DNA of 63,747 nt, the filler included, from Reticulomyxa filosa (Eukaryota > Protista > Foraminifera), in assembly GCA_000512085.1 (NCBI GenBank). It is 15 parts of 15 records of this genome, joined end to end, with 100 filler letters (N's around TTAATTAATTAA, not from the genome) between each part and the next. Parts side by side here need not be neighbours in the genome. Positions count along the whole stretch, not along the records: positions 59,193 to 62,499 come from ASPP01008576.1; positions 62,600 to 63,747 come from ASPP01025682.1; 13 more parts are not named here. One strand, 5' to 3'. Below, one piece after another: positions 60,541 through 63,747 of the stretch. The translations under genes and the position numbers were made by a program. The notes beneath the pieces are model-generated. The model was not told where the DNA came from and made no database searches. It was given only the letters and a program-made list of their open reading frames with translations. Within the stretch, counting starts at the first letter, position 1; each line of letters starts with the position of its first letter.

Positions 60541-62382
60541 ATGTCGTTCGTATCATTTTTACTGTTGTGCATTATGGCAACAGCACAAGCATCAGAAGAA
60601 CAAAAACAAGATGTATTTTGCAGTGAAGAGCTGCCTTTGATTATTGTAGGCTCTGGTTTGGCTGGTCATGCCGCCGCAGCGGACGCCTATCGTGCCCTTT
60701 CGCAGCTGCGCAACAAAGCTCCGGCTCGTGGAAGTATTGTAGTGTTAGAGAAAGAGGACTCGTTTGGAGGAAATTCAATGAAGGCCACAAGTGGGATTAA
60801 TGGTGCTTTGAGTGAGTTTCAAACAGAGCAAAAGATTGAAGACAGTTTGGAGGATTTTAAGGAAGTTTTGTTGACGCACATGCAAGTCCACGTTTTTAAA
60901 AAAGATAGCATCCATGAAAAGAATTGAAGTGATTTTGTTTGTCCCAGCCAATAAAAGTGTGTGTTTGAAACAAAAATCAATCCAAAGGATGTGATGTACT
61001 CGTATACGGACAAACACGGAGAAAAAGCGAACGAGCTCGTGACAGTGTTGACGGAATCTTCAGGAGACGCTGTGAACTGGTTGCGTCATGAATTTGGATT
61101 GGAGATGACAAGTATATCACAATGTGGTGGCCATTCACATCCGCGTACCCATCGTCCACCTTCTGGTCCTGCTGGAACAATGATTGTTAAAGCGGTCCAT
61201 AGTCGTTTGCAAGACTTGTTAAAACTAAAATGTTGCCTCCTCGTTTTTTGTTGTTGTTGACCCCTTTTGTTTGTGACAGAGTCGATTTTCGCTACAAGTG
61301 TGAAGTAAAGGAACTGTTGATCGACGATGAAACGAAAACGGTGATTGGTGTCAAATATCTGGACAAAAGCAACGCCGACAAACCAGAAACAAAGATATTG
61401 CGTGGAGGCGCTGTGATTCTCGCCAGTGGCGGCTATGCGAATGATCACACGTCAGACTCATTGTTGAATCGCTACAGTTTGATGCATGAAAACGAATTAC
61501 CAACAACGAATGGACCATTTGCCACTGGCGACGGCGTCAAAATGGCCAGCAAAATCGGCGCAAACTTGATTGACATGAGTGCCATTCAAATCCATCCCAC
61601 CGGGTTCATTGATCCCAAAAAACCCAATGAAAGAACCAAGTTCTTGGCTCCTGAAGCATTGAGAGGATGTGGAGGCATTCTCATCAACAACAATGGTCTT
61701 CGCTTCGTCGATGAGTTGGACTTGAGGAGCAAAGTAGTCGACAAAGAAAGGGAACAACAAAAAAAGAGCGCAATATCATCTAACGAGAGAAGCAATGAAC
61801 CTTTTCGAATTTTGCTGAATGAAGAGGCCGCAAACAAATTCGGTCCCAATTTGGGATTTTACATCAAAATGGGTTAACTTTGTATTTCAAATCTGTTTCA
61901 AACGCTCGACCTTTGTCGAATTTGCTTGTATGTACGCGTCAACAGGCTTGGTTAAAAAATATGCCAATGTCGACGAGTTGGCGGAGGACAGTGGCATATC
62001 CGCTGATGTCTTGCGTGAGACTTTGGCCAAATACACCAAAGTTGCGCTGTCTGGAGAACGGGATGAATTCGGCAAAACCGTGTATCCTGTTTCCAAATGG
62101 GACAGTGACCAAACCATCTATAGTGCTTTGATCACTCCAGTTATTCACTACACCATGGGGGGACTCCAAATCAATACCAAGGCTCAAATTCTCGACCAAA
62201 GTGGGGAACCCTTACACGGCCTATTTGGAGCTGGTGAGGTCACTGGAGGCGTTCACGGTATGAATCGATTAGCAGGAAATTCTCTTCTTGAATGTGTTGT
62301 TTATGGCAGAATTAGCGCCAAGTCGGCCATTGACTATTGTCTCCAGATGGAAAAACAAAAAAAGATCAAACATGAGCTGTAA
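60541..62382 (+). CDS. Soluble FAD-dependent fumarate reductase (Osm1/Frd1, flavocytochrome c flavin-domain type); 4 exons; signal peptide and C-terminal KHEL
   Basis: [78 protein letters not shown]. Confidence 0.92.
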
Positions 62383-63747
62383 TGCAAATTACTAAAACAA
62401 TTCATTTTTATTTATTTATTTTCTCCCCGTCATTGTTACTCGACAATCAAATGAGATCACTCATCAGTCAACATATTTTTTGGTTTATTTTTTTTTTTTN
62501 NNNNNNNNNNNNNNNNNNNNNNNNNNNNNNNNNNNNNNNNNNNTTAATTAATTAANNNNNNNNNNNNNNNNNNNNNNNNNNNNNNNNNNNNNNNNNNNNT
62601 CTGAAAGCTTGTAATAAAGCTTACCAACGCTAATTGTGTTGAAGTTTGCTTCTCATTGCTAAGAGTTGTCATTTTGTTTTTTTGCTTAAGACCGCTTTTG
62701 ATGATGTGAAATGGATGATATTTAGCTTTTTTTTTTCTCAAGAGTAATGAAAGGGGTTTTCAAAAATATTTTGGCAACATGAAAAATAGGATTTTAACAA
62801 TGCATATGATTTTTTTTTTAATAACTAATTTTAAAAAAGAACTTGTCCAAAACTAAGTATGTAGTTACATCACATATTTTTTTTTCAAAAGTTTTTCAGC
62901 AGAATCTTTGAAACAGTTGTTCAACTTTTTTTGTAGTTTTAAAGAATGTTTGAAACAAAAAAGGAACTTTGATGTTGAAATAAAAAGTTTAATTTAACAA
63001 GGCTTTACATGTGTTTGCTCCTTATTTTTAAATTGATTATTGCTTTGCTAAGCTTGAAAAGTAAGCATTTGAATATCCGATTGTGTAAATAATCGAAGAT
63101 TATATATTTGCATAAATTTCATAAATTACATAAATGATATGTTTTTATGATTTCCAAACACTGAAAAATTAGTATGACATTTGGAGAGTGTATATATTTT
63201 TGTCATATCAAATAATAATAATAATTGTGGTAGTTGTTTTTTCTGAAAGCAAAGTCAAAAATCAATGAAAACTTTAAACAAGTCACTTAAAATTTCAATT
63301 AAAATTGTTTTTATAACTATTGAGTCGCATGGTCACATCAAAAGTAATACAATGTCAGTTTGAAGCTTTTTTCAATCCAATTTTTTTGTAGTAGGATAAA
63401 CATGACTCTATCTTTTAGTAAAACTCTTAGAATGTATTGTTTGATATTGGATAAAACAAGATTTTTGAAAGTTAATTTGATGTTTTGCGTAATTCATACT
63501 TGGATTGTGAAATCAAAGAAAAAACGCTTTGTTTTGTCATCGTGATGGACAAATACTTTTATTTCGTGTGCGTGTATAATGCATTTTTTGATAGCCACAG
63601 TTGATCCAACATCATATTTTTTCTTCTTATTATGTTTAACTGGTAAAAATTACCAATATCCTTACTTTCTTGATGCATTATCTGCAATGATTCAGAATTC
63701 CTACAATTGATTTTCCTGGCATAATCTAAAATATTTAACCCTTTTTG

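Noticed and set aside
62600-63747. Last contig, possible decayed gene at its right end
   Set aside because: No motif could be recognised in any frame.

Overview
This window is not one locus. It is 15 short contigs joined by artificial 100-bp spacers (N44-TTAATTAATTAA-N44), so gene neighbourhood across spacers is meaningless. Fourteen contigs are AT-rich, intron-containing eukaryotic DNA. Their expanded WD40, Kelch-like, TRAF-like and caspase-like families resemble the foraminiferan Reticulomyxa filosa (my inference from family recognition, not a database result). One contig (39448-40490) is GC-rich bacterial mfd. Recognisable genes: calcineurin A, MPP-alpha, cytoplasmic dynein heavy chain (3' part), a soluble flavoprotein fumarate reductase, a Ser/Thr kinase, a Sec23-like Zn-finger/VWA protein, a GFA/CENP-V protein, an ARM-ankyrin protein, a caspase-like protease and a histone H3 pseudogene. 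Signals not visible in the ORF track: (1) a ~33-aa single-exon module (EIxxIIxxWxRxLxIKLGWIxDFDKIIxxY) found four times, attached to WD40, Kelch and TPR-WD40 proteins; (2) an unexplained ~300-nt structured, GC-elevated RNA-like island at 21332-21634; (3) a decayed Tc1-type transposon family with shared TIRs on three contigs; (4) a Tudor/SH3-like insertion in the dynein C-terminus; (5) a fumarate reductase with a signal peptide and C-terminal KHEL.
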